Shown piece by piece: positions 48,375-57,722 of a DNA stretch of 64,000 nucleotides (positions within the stretch are counted from its first letter, which is position 1; each line of letters begins with the position of its first letter). The notes beneath the pieces were generated by a model, which saw only the letters and a list, made by a program, of their open reading frames with translations, was not told where the DNA came from and ran no database searches. The stretch is taken from positions 1 to 64,000 of the IMG/VR virus record IMGVR_UViG_3300049596_000323. One strand, 5' to 3'. This DNA comes from a virus (taxonomy: Duplodnaviria; Heunggongvirae; Uroviricota; Caudoviricetes). The translations under genes and the position numbers were made by a program.

Positions 48375-48922
48375 TGAAATTTGATAAAACTGTTACAACA
48401 ATATTTATTGTTCCTACATTAAGTATTAGTAGAGATAAATTGCGAGATAATATATTTATCAATGGTTATATCAAAGATGGTAGAAGAGATGTACAGTATG
48501 AAAATGCTGTATATCTCCTCTTTAAACCTGAAAACATTGATAAATTTAAAGAATTTTTAGATGAAGAATATGAGCGTACCAAATCTATTATAGATGATTA
48601 TGACTATGAAGATGGTTATGTGGTAGTAGTTTATGTACTTAATGAAAGATTAAAGTCTGACTTTGAGTTAATTAAACAAGGTAAATATTCTAAAACATCT
48701 GTTAAATTCCAGGGTATATTCCCAAAATCATTTACAAGTCCAGATGAAAACTATTCTACTAAAATAAGTCTTCAATTCCGTATCTTTAATAAAACTCAAG
48801 ATTTAAAGAAATTTTGGGAAGAAAAGCTTGATATGGAACTAGATGATGATATGGAAGTTTGGGATGGATTCTTTGAAGAAAACGAAACTCTTAATTTAGA
48901 TAAATTTAAAGAAAATGTATAA
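48374..48922 (+). CDS. hypothetical protein
   Basis: 182-aa ORF. Confidence 0.4.
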   Translation: MKFDKTVTTIFIVPTLSISRDKLRDNIFINGYIKDGRRDVQYENAVYLLFKPENIDKFKEFLDEEYERTKSIIDDYDYEDGYVVVVYVLNERLKSDFELIKQGKYSKTSVKFQGIFPKSFTSPDENYSTKISLQFRIFNKTQDLKKFWEEKLDMELDDDMEVWDGFFEENETLNLDKFKENV

Positions 48923-49139
48923 TCATGAAGTATTAGAAGAGCTTGTTAACCAGTTTGGTGAAGAAGCTACTGTCCTCTTCTGTAAAATGGAGAGTGTAAA
49001 GAATGGTATGCTTTTTGATAGTGTAGAAGAAAACAAACAACACTATCCAGAACCAAACGAATGGTCTTATGAAAGAGACTGGTGGAAAGAAAATGGTAAG
49101 AAATTAGAATCACGTAACTTAAAAACAAATTATGAATAG
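48915..49139 (+). CDS. hypothetical protein
   Basis: 74-aa ORF. Confidence 0.3.
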   Translation: MYNHEVLEELVNQFGEEATVLFCKMESVKNGMLFDSVEENKQHYPEPNEWSYERDWWKENGKKLESRNLKTNYE

Positions 49140-49500
49140 TCAAGAATTATTAGAAAATTATGGCAAAGCAGCCAGTGTCGTTAAAGATTTTTATTTAGGT
49201 AAATTCCTAGATTCTATAGAAGATTCAGAAAACCTTCCAGAAAACTTTAAAGATTTTGCTAAAGAGCAGGGTATAGACAATGATACCGTGGCTAAAATGA
49301 TAGATGCAATGCCTAGAGCATTGTTTGATGCATTTGATGCTCATGAGATTTATATTCAAATCACTGTAGATCTTGAGAATAATTGTTTCAGATATTCATT
49401 TGATGGAGGACAAGTAGAAAGTAATGACTTTCTTACAAGAATAGCAGCAGAAACTAGAGCAATTGAAGCAGCATTTGAAATCTTAAATGAGAAGTTATGA
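49132..49500 (+). CDS. hypothetical protein
   Basis: 122-aa ORF. Confidence 0.35.
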   Translation: MNSQELLENYGKAASVVKDFYLGKFLDSIEDSENLPENFKDFAKEQGIDNDTVAKMIDAMPRALFDAFDAHEIYIQITVDLENNCFRYSFDGGQVESNDFLTRIAAETRAIEAAFEILNEKL

Positions 49501-49748
49501 GTGATCAAATAGTATTGGAAGTGATTGAGAAGTATGCTCAGCGTAGTGGAATAGGACAAACCAAATACGGTACCACTCTAGAAGCTAACAATAAGGATAA
49601 CTATCTCAAGCATCTCCAGGAAGAATTGATGGACGCAACACTGTATTTGCAGAAGATTATGGACCAAAATAAGGAAATAACTAAGTTGGTTAAGAATCAT
49701 TCAAATGATGCAGAATTAGGACATAAAATAAGAGAATTGATTAGATAG
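49497..49748 (+). CDS. hypothetical protein
   Basis: 83-aa ORF. Confidence 0.35.
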   Translation: MSDQIVLEVIEKYAQRSGIGQTKYGTTLEANNKDNYLKHLQEELMDATLYLQKIMDQNKEITKLVKNHSNDAELGHKIRELIR

Positions 49749-49776
49749 AATTTTCTAATTTTCTTGGTTTATAAAA

Positions 49777-49811
49777 ATGAGGGTTGTACATTTGCAACCC
49801 TCATTTTTTTA
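49777..49811 (+). terminator. rho-independent terminator
   Basis: AUGAGGGUUG-loop-CAACCCUCAU 10-bp stem followed by U7. Confidence 0.6.
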
Positions 49812-49832
49812 CATATATTAAAACAAACAAAC

Positions 49833-51686
49833 ATGGATTTAGGATTAGATGCCTTAGGAAAGATTACTGTGTTTAGCAAGTACGCTAAGCACAATCCCCA
49901 GCTACAAAGAAGAGAAACTTGGGATGAAATAGTGGATAGATATCAAGTAATGATGATCAAGAAGTATCCTAAATTAGAATTAGCAATTGTAGAAAGTGCT
50001 AAGTTTATCAGAGAAAAGAAGATTTTGCCATCTATGAGAGCTTTGCAGTTTGCAGGTCCAGCAATGGAAGTGAACAACGCAAGAGGTTACAACTGTGCTT
50101 ACTTACCTGTAGATAGCTTATATAGTTTCAGTGAGACTATGTTTTTATTACTAGGAGGTTCAGGTGTAGGTTTTTCTGTACAAAAGCATCATGTAGAGCA
50201 GTTACCAGCTATTAAGAAACAAGAAACTTACAAGCATCGTAACTATCTTATAGAAGATTCTATTATGGGCTGGGCTGACTCAGTAAAGATGTTAATGAAG
50301 TTTTACTTTGAAGGTGGTCAAAAGCCTAAGTTTGACTTTAGAGCTATTAGACATAAAGGAGCTAGACTAGTAACAGCTGGTGGTAAAGCCCCAGGTCCAG
50401 AACCATTAAAGATTGCATTAGCTCATATTGATGCTATCATGGAAAGAAAAGAAGATGGTAGTAAACTATCTCCTTTAGAAGCTCATGATATTATGTGTCA
50501 TATTGCTAACTCAGTGCTAGCAGGTGGTATTAGAAGAAGTGCTATGATTAGTCTATTCAGCCATGATGATGAGGAAATGATTACATGTAAGTATGGCAAC
50601 TGGTGGGAACTAAACGAACAACGTGGTAGAAGTAATAACTCTGCAGTGTTAAAGAGAGGTGAAGTAGATGAAGCTGAATTTATGGCTTTATGGAAAAGAA
50701 TTGAAGCATCAGGAAGTGGTGAACCAGGTATCTATTGGTCTAACGACCTAGATTGGGGAACTAATCCTTGTTGTGAGATTGGATTACGTCCTTTCCAGTT
50801 CTGTAATCTATGTGAAGTGAATGTAAGCGATGTTGAGAATCAAGAAGATCTTAACAACCGTGTAGCAGTAGCTGCATTCTTTGGTACATTACAAGCAGGG
50901 TTTTATGACTTTCATTACCTACGTCCTATTTGGTCTAAAACAACCCAAAAAGACGCTTTATTAGGAATTGGTATGACAGGTATAGGAAGTGGAGAAATCC
51001 TTAAATATGACCTAGAACTAGTAGCTAATACAGCTAAGACAGTAAATAGAGATATCTCTGGATTTATTGGCACCAACGAAGCAGCTCGTATTACATGTAT
51101 TAAACCTTCAGGAACAACTAGTTTGGTCTTAGGTACAGCTAGTGGTATTCATGCTTGGCATGCTCCATACTACTTACGTACAATGAGATTTAACAAGAAT
51201 GAAGCTATTGCATTATACTTAATGATTAACCATCCTGAATTGTGCGAAGATGATGTGTTACGTCCTACAGATACAGTTTGTGTACGTATTCCTGTTAAAG
51301 CACCAGAAGGATCTATTTTCCGTACAGAGTCTCCAATAGATACATTAGAGCGTGTTAAGAAGTTCTCTACAGAATGGGTTAAACCAGGTCATATCAATGG
51401 GGCTAATACACACAATGTAAGTGCTACTGTTTCTATTGCTGATGAGTGGAAAGAAGTGGGTGCCTGGATGTGGGATAACAGAGAGACGTATAATGGCTTG
51501 TCTGTACTACCATTCTTTGGTGGCTCATATCAACAAGCTCCATTTGAAGATATCACAGAAGAAGAATACAACAAACGTATTGCTTCTGTACAAGAAATAG
51601 ATTTAACAAAGGTGATAGAGATGGATGACAACGTTGATTTTGGTCAAGTTGCAGCCTGTGCAGGAGGTGCTTGTGAAATCGCCTAA
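49833..51686 (+). CDS. ribonucleotide reductase, class II-like (monomeric)
   Basis: Active-site region GTNPCCEIGL...FQFCNLCEVNV (NPCxEI...CNL); C-terminal redox Cys pair CAGGACEIA; start placed at MDLGL after the upstream terminator. Confidence 0.6.
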   Translation: MDLGLDALGKITVFSKYAKHNPQLQRRETWDEIVDRYQVMMIKKYPKLELAIVESAKFIREKKILPSMRALQFAGPAMEVNNARGYNCAYLPVDSLYSFSETMFLLLGGSGVGFSVQKHHVEQLPAIKKQETYKHRNYLIEDSIMGWADSVKMLMKFYFEGGQKPKFDFRAIRHKGARLVTAGGKAPGPEPLKIALAHIDAIMERKEDGSKLSPLEAHDIMCHIANSVLAGGIRRSAMISLFSHDDEEMITCKYGNWWELNEQRGRSNNSAVLKRGEVDEAEFMALWKRIEASGSGEPGIYWSNDLDWGTNPCCEIGLRPFQFCNLCEVNVSDVENQEDLNNRVAVAAFFGTLQAGFYDFHYLRPIWSKTTQKDALLGIGMTGIGSGEILKYDLELVANTAKTVNRDISGFIGTNEAARITCIKPSGTTSLVLGTASGIHAWHAPYYLRTMRFNKNEAIALYLMINHPELCEDDVLRPTDTVCVRIPVKAPEGSIFRTESPIDTLERVKKFSTEWVKPGHINGANTHNVSATVSIADEWKEVGAWMWDNRETYNGLSVLPFFGGSYQQAPFEDITEEEYNKRIASVQEIDLTKVIEMDDNVDFGQVAACAGGACEIA

Positions 51687-51834
51687 TCTGTATTATCTGG
51701 ACAAAGACAAGGTGGTCTTTACAGAAGAATACTTGAAAGAAAGGGGATTTTGCTGTGGTAACAACTGTAGGCATTGTCCATACACTAAACCTGTTAAAAA
51801 AGGTAACAAAAAGTTAGAAAAAGAAAATAAATGA
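51625..51834 (+). CDS. small Cys-rich protein (CCGNNCRHCPY)
   Basis: 69-aa ORF overlapping the reductase 3' end; a GTG start at 51673 would remove most of the overlap. Confidence 0.3.
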   Translation: MTTLILVKLQPVQEVLVKSPNLYYLDKDKVVFTEEYLKERGFCCGNNCRHCPYTKPVKKGNKKLEKENK

Positions 51835-51840
51835 TAATAT

Positions 51841-51880
51841 TACGTAAGTGTGCATAAATATGCGTAATATTGCGTAACTG
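51841..51880. repeat. four tandem 10-bp repeats T(A/G)C(G/A)TAANNN
   Basis: TACGTAAGTG TGCATAAATA TGCGTAATAT TGCGTAACTG with an exact 10-bp period. Confidence 0.5.
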
Positions 51881-51906
51881 TTTTTGTTTAATGTGTGTCT
51901 TATATA

Positions 51907-51938
51907 ACCCCTGCCATTTTTATGGTGGGGGTTTTTTG
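51907..51938 (+). terminator. rho-independent terminator
   Basis: CCCCUGCCAU-UUUUU-AUGGUGGGGG (two G-U pairs) followed by U6. Confidence 0.6.
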
Positions 51939-52014
51939 TTCCAATTATCCAAAAAAGTTATGGAAATATCATACAATTTCAGTAAATTTGCTCTCAAACA
52001 AAAACAGTTAAATA

Positions 52015-53052
52015 ATGGCTAAAGCAGCAAAAACAGTAGACAGCGGTGTCTCTAAATTCCAAGAAGCTCTTGATAAATTAAACAAGACTTATGGTGTAGG
52101 TACAGTACTTACACTTGATTCAAAAGACAGTGGTGACTATGATGTCATCTCAACAGGTTCTATTGGATTTGATTACATTACATTAGGTGTTGGTGGATTT
52201 GTTAAAGGTAAAATGTATGAACTAATGGGCTGGGAAGGTACAGGTAAGTCTACTATTTGTGGACACGTTGTAGCTGAAGCTCAGAAGAAAGGTAACAAGG
52301 TGGTTTATATTGATGGCGAACATGCTGTTGATAAGAATTACTTTGAAGCTATTGGTGTTAACACTAGTGAGTTATTGATTGCTCAACCATCATGTGGTGA
52401 GGAAGGTTTTAACATTGCTATGGAAATGATTAACACTGGTGAGGTAGGTCTCATCATTATTGACTCAGATTCATCATTGATTCCTAAGAAACAATTAGAT
52501 GGTGAGGTGGGTGATAGTACTATTGGTTATAAATCTAGACTAAATAGTAATGCCTATCCAAAACTTAAATCTGCTCTATCAGAACATAATGTATGTCTCA
52601 TTGTCATCTCTCAATATAGAGAGAAGATTGGTGTGATGTTTGGTAATCCAACAACTACACAAGGTGGACATGCTCTTAAGTTTTACACAGATTGTAGAAT
52701 TGAGGTGAGCAAAAGCTTAGCCAAAGATGGTGATGTAAACTATGGTAATATTACCAAGGTGAAAGCTATTAAGAATAAGATGTGTCCTCCATATAAACTA
52801 GCTCAATTTGAGATTGTATATGGTTTAGGTATTGATAAGCTTGATGAAATCATGACTCTTATCAATGATTTTGGTATTGGTAGAAAGTATGGTAAAACAA
52901 TGACTATTGGTGAACATAAGTATGATCTTGAACAATTTAAGAGTATGCTTACTGATAATCAAGAATTCTATGATGAAATCAAAAAAGAAATTATAACTAA
53001 AATTAATCAAACAGAAACTAAAACAGAAGAAGATGATACAAGTGAAATTTAA
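52015..53052 (+). CDS. RecA/UvsX-like recombinase
   Basis: Walker A GWEGTGKST, Walker B LIIIDSDSS; 345 aa; a TAAATTTG box lies about 30 nt upstream. Confidence 0.6.
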   Translation: MAKAAKTVDSGVSKFQEALDKLNKTYGVGTVLTLDSKDSGDYDVISTGSIGFDYITLGVGGFVKGKMYELMGWEGTGKSTICGHVVAEAQKKGNKVVYIDGEHAVDKNYFEAIGVNTSELLIAQPSCGEEGFNIAMEMINTGEVGLIIIDSDSSLIPKKQLDGEVGDSTIGYKSRLNSNAYPKLKSALSEHNVCLIVISQYREKIGVMFGNPTTTQGGHALKFYTDCRIEVSKSLAKDGDVNYGNITKVKAIKNKMCPPYKLAQFEIVYGLGIDKLDEIMTLINDFGIGRKYGKTMTIGEHKYDLEQFKSMLTDNQEFYDEIKKEIITKINQTETKTEEDDTSEI

Positions 53053-53473
53053 GAAAGTCAGCGATGACGTAAAAATGCCTGTAAAAGGCTCTAAGTATGC
53101 AGCATGTTTTGATGTATATGCACATGATATTACATCTAATGCTACTAACAAGATTATAGTGGGTTTAGGTTTTAAAACAGAAATTCCTGTAGGATATAAA
53201 GGAATTATTGTACCTAGAAGTAATCTAACTAAATATGATTGGGTTTTAAACAATTCTTTTGGTATAATTGATGCAGACTACCGTGGTGAATGGAAAGCTG
53301 TATTTACATCATTAAAAGGAACTATAACAGAAAATCAGTTTCCTTATGGTGTAGGTGAAAGAGTTGCTCAGATCTATTTTGAACCAGTTATGATTGCAGA
53401 CCTTACCCAAGTACCTGAACTTGAAGAGTCTGAAAGAGGAGAAGGTGGATTTGGTTCAACTGGTGTGCAATAA
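53033..53473 (+). CDS. dut: dUTP diphosphatase (trimeric dUTPase)
   Basis: AACFDVYA, IVPRSNL, GIIDADYRGE, RVAQIYF, GEGGFGSTG. Confidence 0.8.
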   Translation: MIQVKFKKVSDDVKMPVKGSKYAACFDVYAHDITSNATNKIIVGLGFKTEIPVGYKGIIVPRSNLTKYDWVLNNSFGIIDADYRGEWKAVFTSLKGTITENQFPYGVGERVAQIYFEPVMIADLTQVPELEESERGEGGFGSTGVQ

Positions 53474-53865
53474 TGCCTACCTGTAAAACCTGTGGTAAGA
53501 GATGTGATGGAGAATATTGCTTTCAACATAAACCTAGAAAACGAATTGCTGCACAAAATTTGACAAAAAGTGTCAAAAAAAATGAAGTAATACGGAAGAT
53601 TGACGTAATGAGAGAGTTCTTCTTACAAATCTGGAAGAAAAGACAACATTTATCTGAGATTAGTGGGCTTCCCTTGGTTGGGGAGCCTCTCTCAGTATAT
53701 TTTCACCACATACTACCAAAAGAAAAATATCCTGATGCTTCTTTGGATGAAGAAAATATCATACTTTTGACATTAGATGAACACTCTAATGTTGAGAATG
53801 ATATGTATAAGTATGAAGAAGTTAATATTAAACGTGAACAATTAAAAAATAAATATGAAATCTAA
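53473..53865 (+). CDS. zinc-ribbon protein
   Basis: CKTCGKRCDGEYCFQH at the N-terminus; HNH-like nuclease possible but not shown. Confidence 0.35.
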   Translation: MPTCKTCGKRCDGEYCFQHKPRKRIAAQNLTKSVKKNEVIRKIDVMREFFLQIWKKRQHLSEISGLPLVGEPLSVYFHHILPKEKYPDASLDEENIILLTLDEHSNVENDMYKYEEVNIKREQLKNKYEI

Positions 53866-54292
53866 AATCTTATTATCTATTGTTATAATAGCAATATTAT
53901 ACTCATCATGTAAAAGTGCTGAGGATTTAACAGTTAAATATGAATTAGTTACATTACCTGGAAGCATGTTTGACCTGGATGTACAAGTTCTTATTACAGA
54001 CGATACAACTTTTGCTGCTAATTATGTAAGAGCTAATCTAGACAGTTCTGTTACAGCTGAAAACTTTGATTGTAGAGCTGCTACATTTCCTACACAAAAT
54101 GGTAATCCTATTATAATTTGGATGCCTTATGGAAGTCATGTAGATATCATCAATCATGAACTGTTTCATGCTGCAGTGAATATAATGGAATGGGCAGGTG
54201 TTCCCTTAAATGATACTACAGAAGAAATTTATGCATATCAATTACAATACCTATCAAAGCAATTAGATAACCAAATAAATATAACGAAATGA
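53855..54292 (+). CDS. lipoprotein
   Basis: MKSKILLSIVIIAILYSSCKS signal peptide with a Bacteroidota-type lipobox. Confidence 0.5.
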   Translation: MKSKILLSIVIIAILYSSCKSAEDLTVKYELVTLPGSMFDLDVQVLITDDTTFAANYVRANLDSSVTAENFDCRAATFPTQNGNPIIIWMPYGSHVDIINHELFHAAVNIMEWAGVPLNDTTEEIYAYQLQYLSKQLDNQINITK

Positions 54293-54555
54293 TCGCATCA
54301 GAATGGGACAATGTTCCAGAAGAAAAACAAGAAGTAGATTTACCTTTACAGTCTAAACTTCACATTGAAAGAATTGAATTATCAGGTAAGATTGAAAAGT
54401 TAAAAACTTTTATGACAATGAGTCCTGATTTTAAAAGTGTAAATTACTTTCATAAACGTTTGCTAGATAATCAATTGACTACTATGCAAAATTATGAAAA
54501 CATATTAGTTCAAAGAATGACAGATTTAAATAACCCAGATAAAATTGAAAATTAA
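54289..54555 (+). CDS. hypothetical protein
   Basis: 88-aa ORF. Confidence 0.35.
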   Translation: MIASEWDNVPEEKQEVDLPLQSKLHIERIELSGKIEKLKTFMTMSPDFKSVNYFHKRLLDNQLTTMQNYENILVQRMTDLNNPDKIEN

Positions 54556-54829
54556 AATGAGCAATTTATTCTTTTACACAAGAAAGACAGAAGACGGTAA
54601 AGTCTTCACAGACAGCTTTAACCTAAATAAGGTTATTAGATCAGTACAAATGGATGAGAACAAAGTGTTAGTCTTATTAGATGATGCACATGACCGTTCA
54701 GAAGATGTTCCAGATATTGATCCTAAGACAGGAAAACAAAGAGGAATTAAAAGACAACGTAACACTTATTCAACAGAGATTAGTTTAGTTGATGAAGATG
54801 TTGCAAGATTTAACAGTTTAAATAATTAA
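54545..54829 (+). CDS. hypothetical protein
   Basis: 94-aa ORF. Confidence 0.35.
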   Translation: MKIKMSNLFFYTRKTEDGKVFTDSFNLNKVIRSVQMDENKVLVLLDDAHDRSEDVPDIDPKTGKQRGIKRQRNTYSTEISLVDEDVARFNSLNN

Positions 54830-54831
54830 TC

Positions 54832-55119
54832 ATGCCAAAGTTATTAGGAAATAGAATTTTATTAGAGATGCCTCCACAAGATGACAATAGTAAGTTAATT
54901 GTGGATGACAATACTAAAGAAGCATTACAAAGAGAATTGCTTAACAAAATGTCTAAGTTAAAAGTGTTACAAGTGGGCACTATTGTTACAGAAATCAAAG
55001 CAGGAGACTATGTATTAGTAGATCCAGCAGCTTTAAACAAAGCTACATTAGTCCCAATCAATGAAGATGATGACCGTGCAATCTTGGTATCACCATTTGA
55101 CATAATTCAAATCTGGTAA
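54832..55119 (+). CDS. GroES-like co-chaperonin
   Basis: 95 aa collinear with GroES: LLGNRILLE (LHDRVIVK), KVLQVG (EVLAVG), IKAGDYVLV (VKVGDIVIF), DDRAILVSPFDIIQI (NEEVLIMSESDILAI). Confidence 0.55.
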   Translation: MPKLLGNRILLEMPPQDDNSKLIVDDNTKEALQRELLNKMSKLKVLQVGTIVTEIKAGDYVLVDPAALNKATLVPINEDDDRAILVSPFDIIQIW

Positions 55120-55850
55120 TGAAATACAAAATTGTATTAAAAACTAGTCATAAACATACTGACAGAGTAGATAACTGCCTTGAAACGTGGTTATCTGCTC
55201 TTGATTATGTATGTCTTACAGATAAACTTACAGGGAGACCTAATGAGATATCTTGTTCTGACAAAGATGATTATCAAAGCAATGAAGAGAAGACAGTCAA
55301 CTTCATTAACCTGGTTAGGACTACTGACCAACTTGATGCATATGATTGGTTAGTCTTCATTGATGATGATGCAATACTTAACATTCCTTTATTTGAAGAA
55401 GTGATTACATTCTTTAGTAAAACTGCTGTATACGGATATAGTATGAAAGGGTCTTATACAAAAGAACCTGAACTAGATTATCCATCAGGGGGATGTGGTT
55501 ATTTTATATCTCCACAACTGATTAAAAATTGTCAACCTATGACTGTAAAAGGTTATGGATATGAAGATGTTTGTATAGGCACATGGTTAAAAGAGAACCA
55601 GATAAAAATCTATGATAAGTTTTTAGATTCAAATGTTTTACATAGACTATATCTAAATGGCTGGTTTCCATTTCAAAGATATTTCAATGACCTTTGGAAA
55701 GAAGGAGATAGTTATGTACCTAAGATGCTAGCTGACCTTACAGAAGAAGATGTTACATTTTTACATAAACATGTAACACATCATTATATAAGACATAAAA
55801 GCTTTATGAGATATTTACATACTCTTCTAAATGAAAAAAGCCCCAAATAG
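55119..55850 (+). CDS. GT31/Fringe-like glycosyltransferase
   Basis: DxD motif LVFIDDDAI, PSGGCGYFIS (GGAGYVLS-like), YEDVCIGTWL (EDVxxG). Confidence 0.55.
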   Translation: MKYKIVLKTSHKHTDRVDNCLETWLSALDYVCLTDKLTGRPNEISCSDKDDYQSNEEKTVNFINLVRTTDQLDAYDWLVFIDDDAILNIPLFEEVITFFSKTAVYGYSMKGSYTKEPELDYPSGGCGYFISPQLIKNCQPMTVKGYGYEDVCIGTWLKENQIKIYDKFLDSNVLHRLYLNGWFPFQRYFNDLWKEGDSYVPKMLADLTEEDVTFLHKHVTHHYIRHKSFMRYLHTLLNEKSPK

Positions 55851-55864
55851 GGGCTTTTCTTTTA
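55835..55864. terminator. bidirectional terminator between convergent blocks
   Basis: AAAAAGCCCC-AAAUA-GGGGCUUUU, with A and U runs on both sides. Confidence 0.65.
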
Positions 55865-55996
55865 CTCCCATAAGGAGCAGACTTATAATACTGAGACTAT
55901 AAGGGGGGAATTTATGACTTCTTTAAGGGGCCCTGTCTAGAATGGGTTACCACAACCTGAGCGTGCAGTTCTTATGGGATGCAGGAGAAGTACTCT

Positions 55997-56155
55997 TTAT
56001 TTTGAAAGTCTCTTCTGCTTCATAGGAAGCATAGGACTCTTTCTTTGTAACTTTGTATCAGACTCCTTCATATAATTACCATTGATTGGTTTAGGAGCTG
56101 GTACCTTTGGTGCTTTACGAGGTGCACCTGATTTCTTAGCTTTACCAGCAGTCAT
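55997..56155 (-). CDS. small basic protein (MTAGKAKKSGAPRKAPK...)
   Basis: 52-aa ORF not in the track; last gene of the basic cassette. Confidence 0.3.
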   Translation of the reverse strand: MTAGKAKKSGAPRKAPKVPAPKPINGNYMKESDTKLQRKSPMLPMKQKRLSK

Positions 56156-56156
56156 A

Positions 56157-56654
56157 TTACTTGCAGCCATACTTACATTTTTTCATAGCACCACCCATTT
56201 TCATCTTAGTAGCACCTAATTGTTTATCTTTCTTTAAAACAGCTTTACCTTTAGCACCTGCTAGTGTTCTTTTTTGCACTGTGGTGTAAGCACCTTTAGG
56301 ATCTACAGGACCAACACGCTTGTTAGAAGCTTTTAATCCAGATAGACTACCGCCAGATTTGTACTTTTTAACAGCACCACCAGTTTTCATTTCTTTTTTC
56401 TTAGCTAAAACAGTGTATGCAGTAGAACCACTTTTTCTATCTTCAATTTTGTTTCCTTCTTTTTTATGGTAAGCACGTTCAAAGTTAGCTGCTTTTTTCC
56501 AATTAGCCATTGCTGTACTATCTGCTTTTCTACGTCTTTCATCACCTAAAGCAGGATTTTTTCTTTCATCTTCTGTCTGTTTATTAACTTTAGAAGCCCA
56601 TGAAGGAACATCACCACCGCCTTGATATTTTTTTGCTTTTTTAACAGTTGCCAT
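56157..56654 (-). CDS. Lys-rich basic protein, MATVKK family, member E
   Basis: Starts MATVKKAKK; two MK(T/M)GGA(V/M)KK repeats; pI clearly basic. Confidence 0.55.
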   Translation of the reverse strand: MATVKKAKKYQGGGDVPSWASKVNKQTEDERKNPALGDERRRKADSTAMANWKKAANFERAYHKKEGNKIEDRKSGSTAYTVLAKKKEMKTGGAVKKYKSGGSLSGLKASNKRVGPVDPKGAYTTVQKRTLAGAKGKAVLKKDKQLGATKMKMGGAMKKCKYGCK

Positions 56655-56655
56655 T

Positions 56656-57018
56656 TTATTTCTTTTTAATAGATTTTTTAATCATACCACCTTTTTTCAT
56701 CATAGATGTACCAGACATAGCTTTTTTCTTAGCACCTGCAATCTTATCTGCAAATGTAGCATTAGGGTTTTTGTCAACACCAGCTTTTACTGATAACATA
56801 CCAAAAGAAGAACCATCTTTAGATTTTTTCATTGGTAATTTAGGTAATGAATCAAAACTTTTCTTGTCAAAATTCATACCTGTTTTACGATTAGTTGAAT
56901 CTGATTTTTTGTTAGCTTCTTTTATTTTTGATACCATTTCCTTACCTTCTCTTGCATCTTTTTTCATTTTAAAAGCCATACCATCTTGAGCTTTTTTCAT
57001 CTTTTTAACTGTTGCCAT
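56656..57018 (-). CDS. Lys-rich basic protein, MATVKK family, member D
   Basis: Starts MATVKKMKK; MKKGGMIKK repeat. Confidence 0.55.
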   Translation of the reverse strand: MATVKKMKKAQDGMAFKMKKDAREGKEMVSKIKEANKKSDSTNRKTGMNFDKKSFDSLPKLPMKKSKDGSSFGMLSVKAGVDKNPNATFADKIAGAKKKAMSGTSMMKKGGMIKKSIKKK

Positions 57019-57023
57019 TTTAA

Positions 57024-57407
57024 TTATTTTTTAGATTTAGCTTTAATTTTTTTCTCTTGTTTTAACATTTGTGCTGTAGGTTTCTTTCCAGATCCTTTAG
57101 CAGCTCTGATGTTATCCCAAAGTCCTCTTTGAGAATAAGAACCATCAGCACGTTTTAACATACCACCTGCTTTCATTTTCTTTTTAGGAACAGCTTTTTC
57201 TTTAAGAGGATTGTTTTTAATAGCAGGATTTTTCTTAGGAGCATATTTACCAAGACCAGCTTGTCTGTCTAAAGCATCAGCCATATCAGATTGATGTTTA
57301 TCCATTGCTTCTTTCTTGTATAGTCTATTAGTCATTTCACCACGGACATATCCTTTAGGGACATCTTTACCGCTTTGAGCTTTTGCTACTTTCTTTGCTG
57401 TTGCCAT
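57024..57407 (-). CDS. Lys-rich basic protein, MATVKK family, member C
   Basis: Starts MATAKKVAK; MKAGGMLKR. Confidence 0.55.
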   Translation of the reverse strand: MATAKKVAKAQSGKDVPKGYVRGEMTNRLYKKEAMDKHQSDMADALDRQAGLGKYAPKKNPAIKNNPLKEKAVPKKKMKAGGMLKRADGSYSQRGLWDNIRAAKGSGKKPTAQMLKQEKKIKAKSKK

Positions 57408-57419
57408 AATATTATTGTT

Positions 57420-57722
57420 TTAACAATTCCATTTTCTTAATGCTAATGTTTTCCTTGTTGGTTCACCATTAGGTTTTTTTGCAGGTCCTTTAACTCCTGA
57501 CATTCTTGCACAAAAAGATTTACGTCTACCTGCAGCCTTAGAACCAGCTTTAAGTTTAGAAGGTTTAGTTGTGACAGCCATCTTTAATTTAGAACCTGGA
57601 TTAGCAGCTCTATAGCTTGCTACACCTTTTCTATTAAGACCACCCTTTGGATCTTTCCCTTCAGAACGAGTCCAAGCAGGTGTGCTCCCACCAGATTTCA
57701 TAACCTTTTTAACTGTTGCCAT
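57420..57722 (-). CDS. Lys-rich basic protein, MATVKK family, member B
   Basis: Starts MATVKKVMK; GGSTPAWT parallels GGGDVPSWA in member E. Confidence 0.55.
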   Translation of the reverse strand: MATVKKVMKSGGSTPAWTRSEGKDPKGGLNRKGVASYRAANPGSKLKMAVTTKPSKLKAGSKAAGRRKSFCARMSGVKGPAKKPNGEPTRKTLALRKWNC

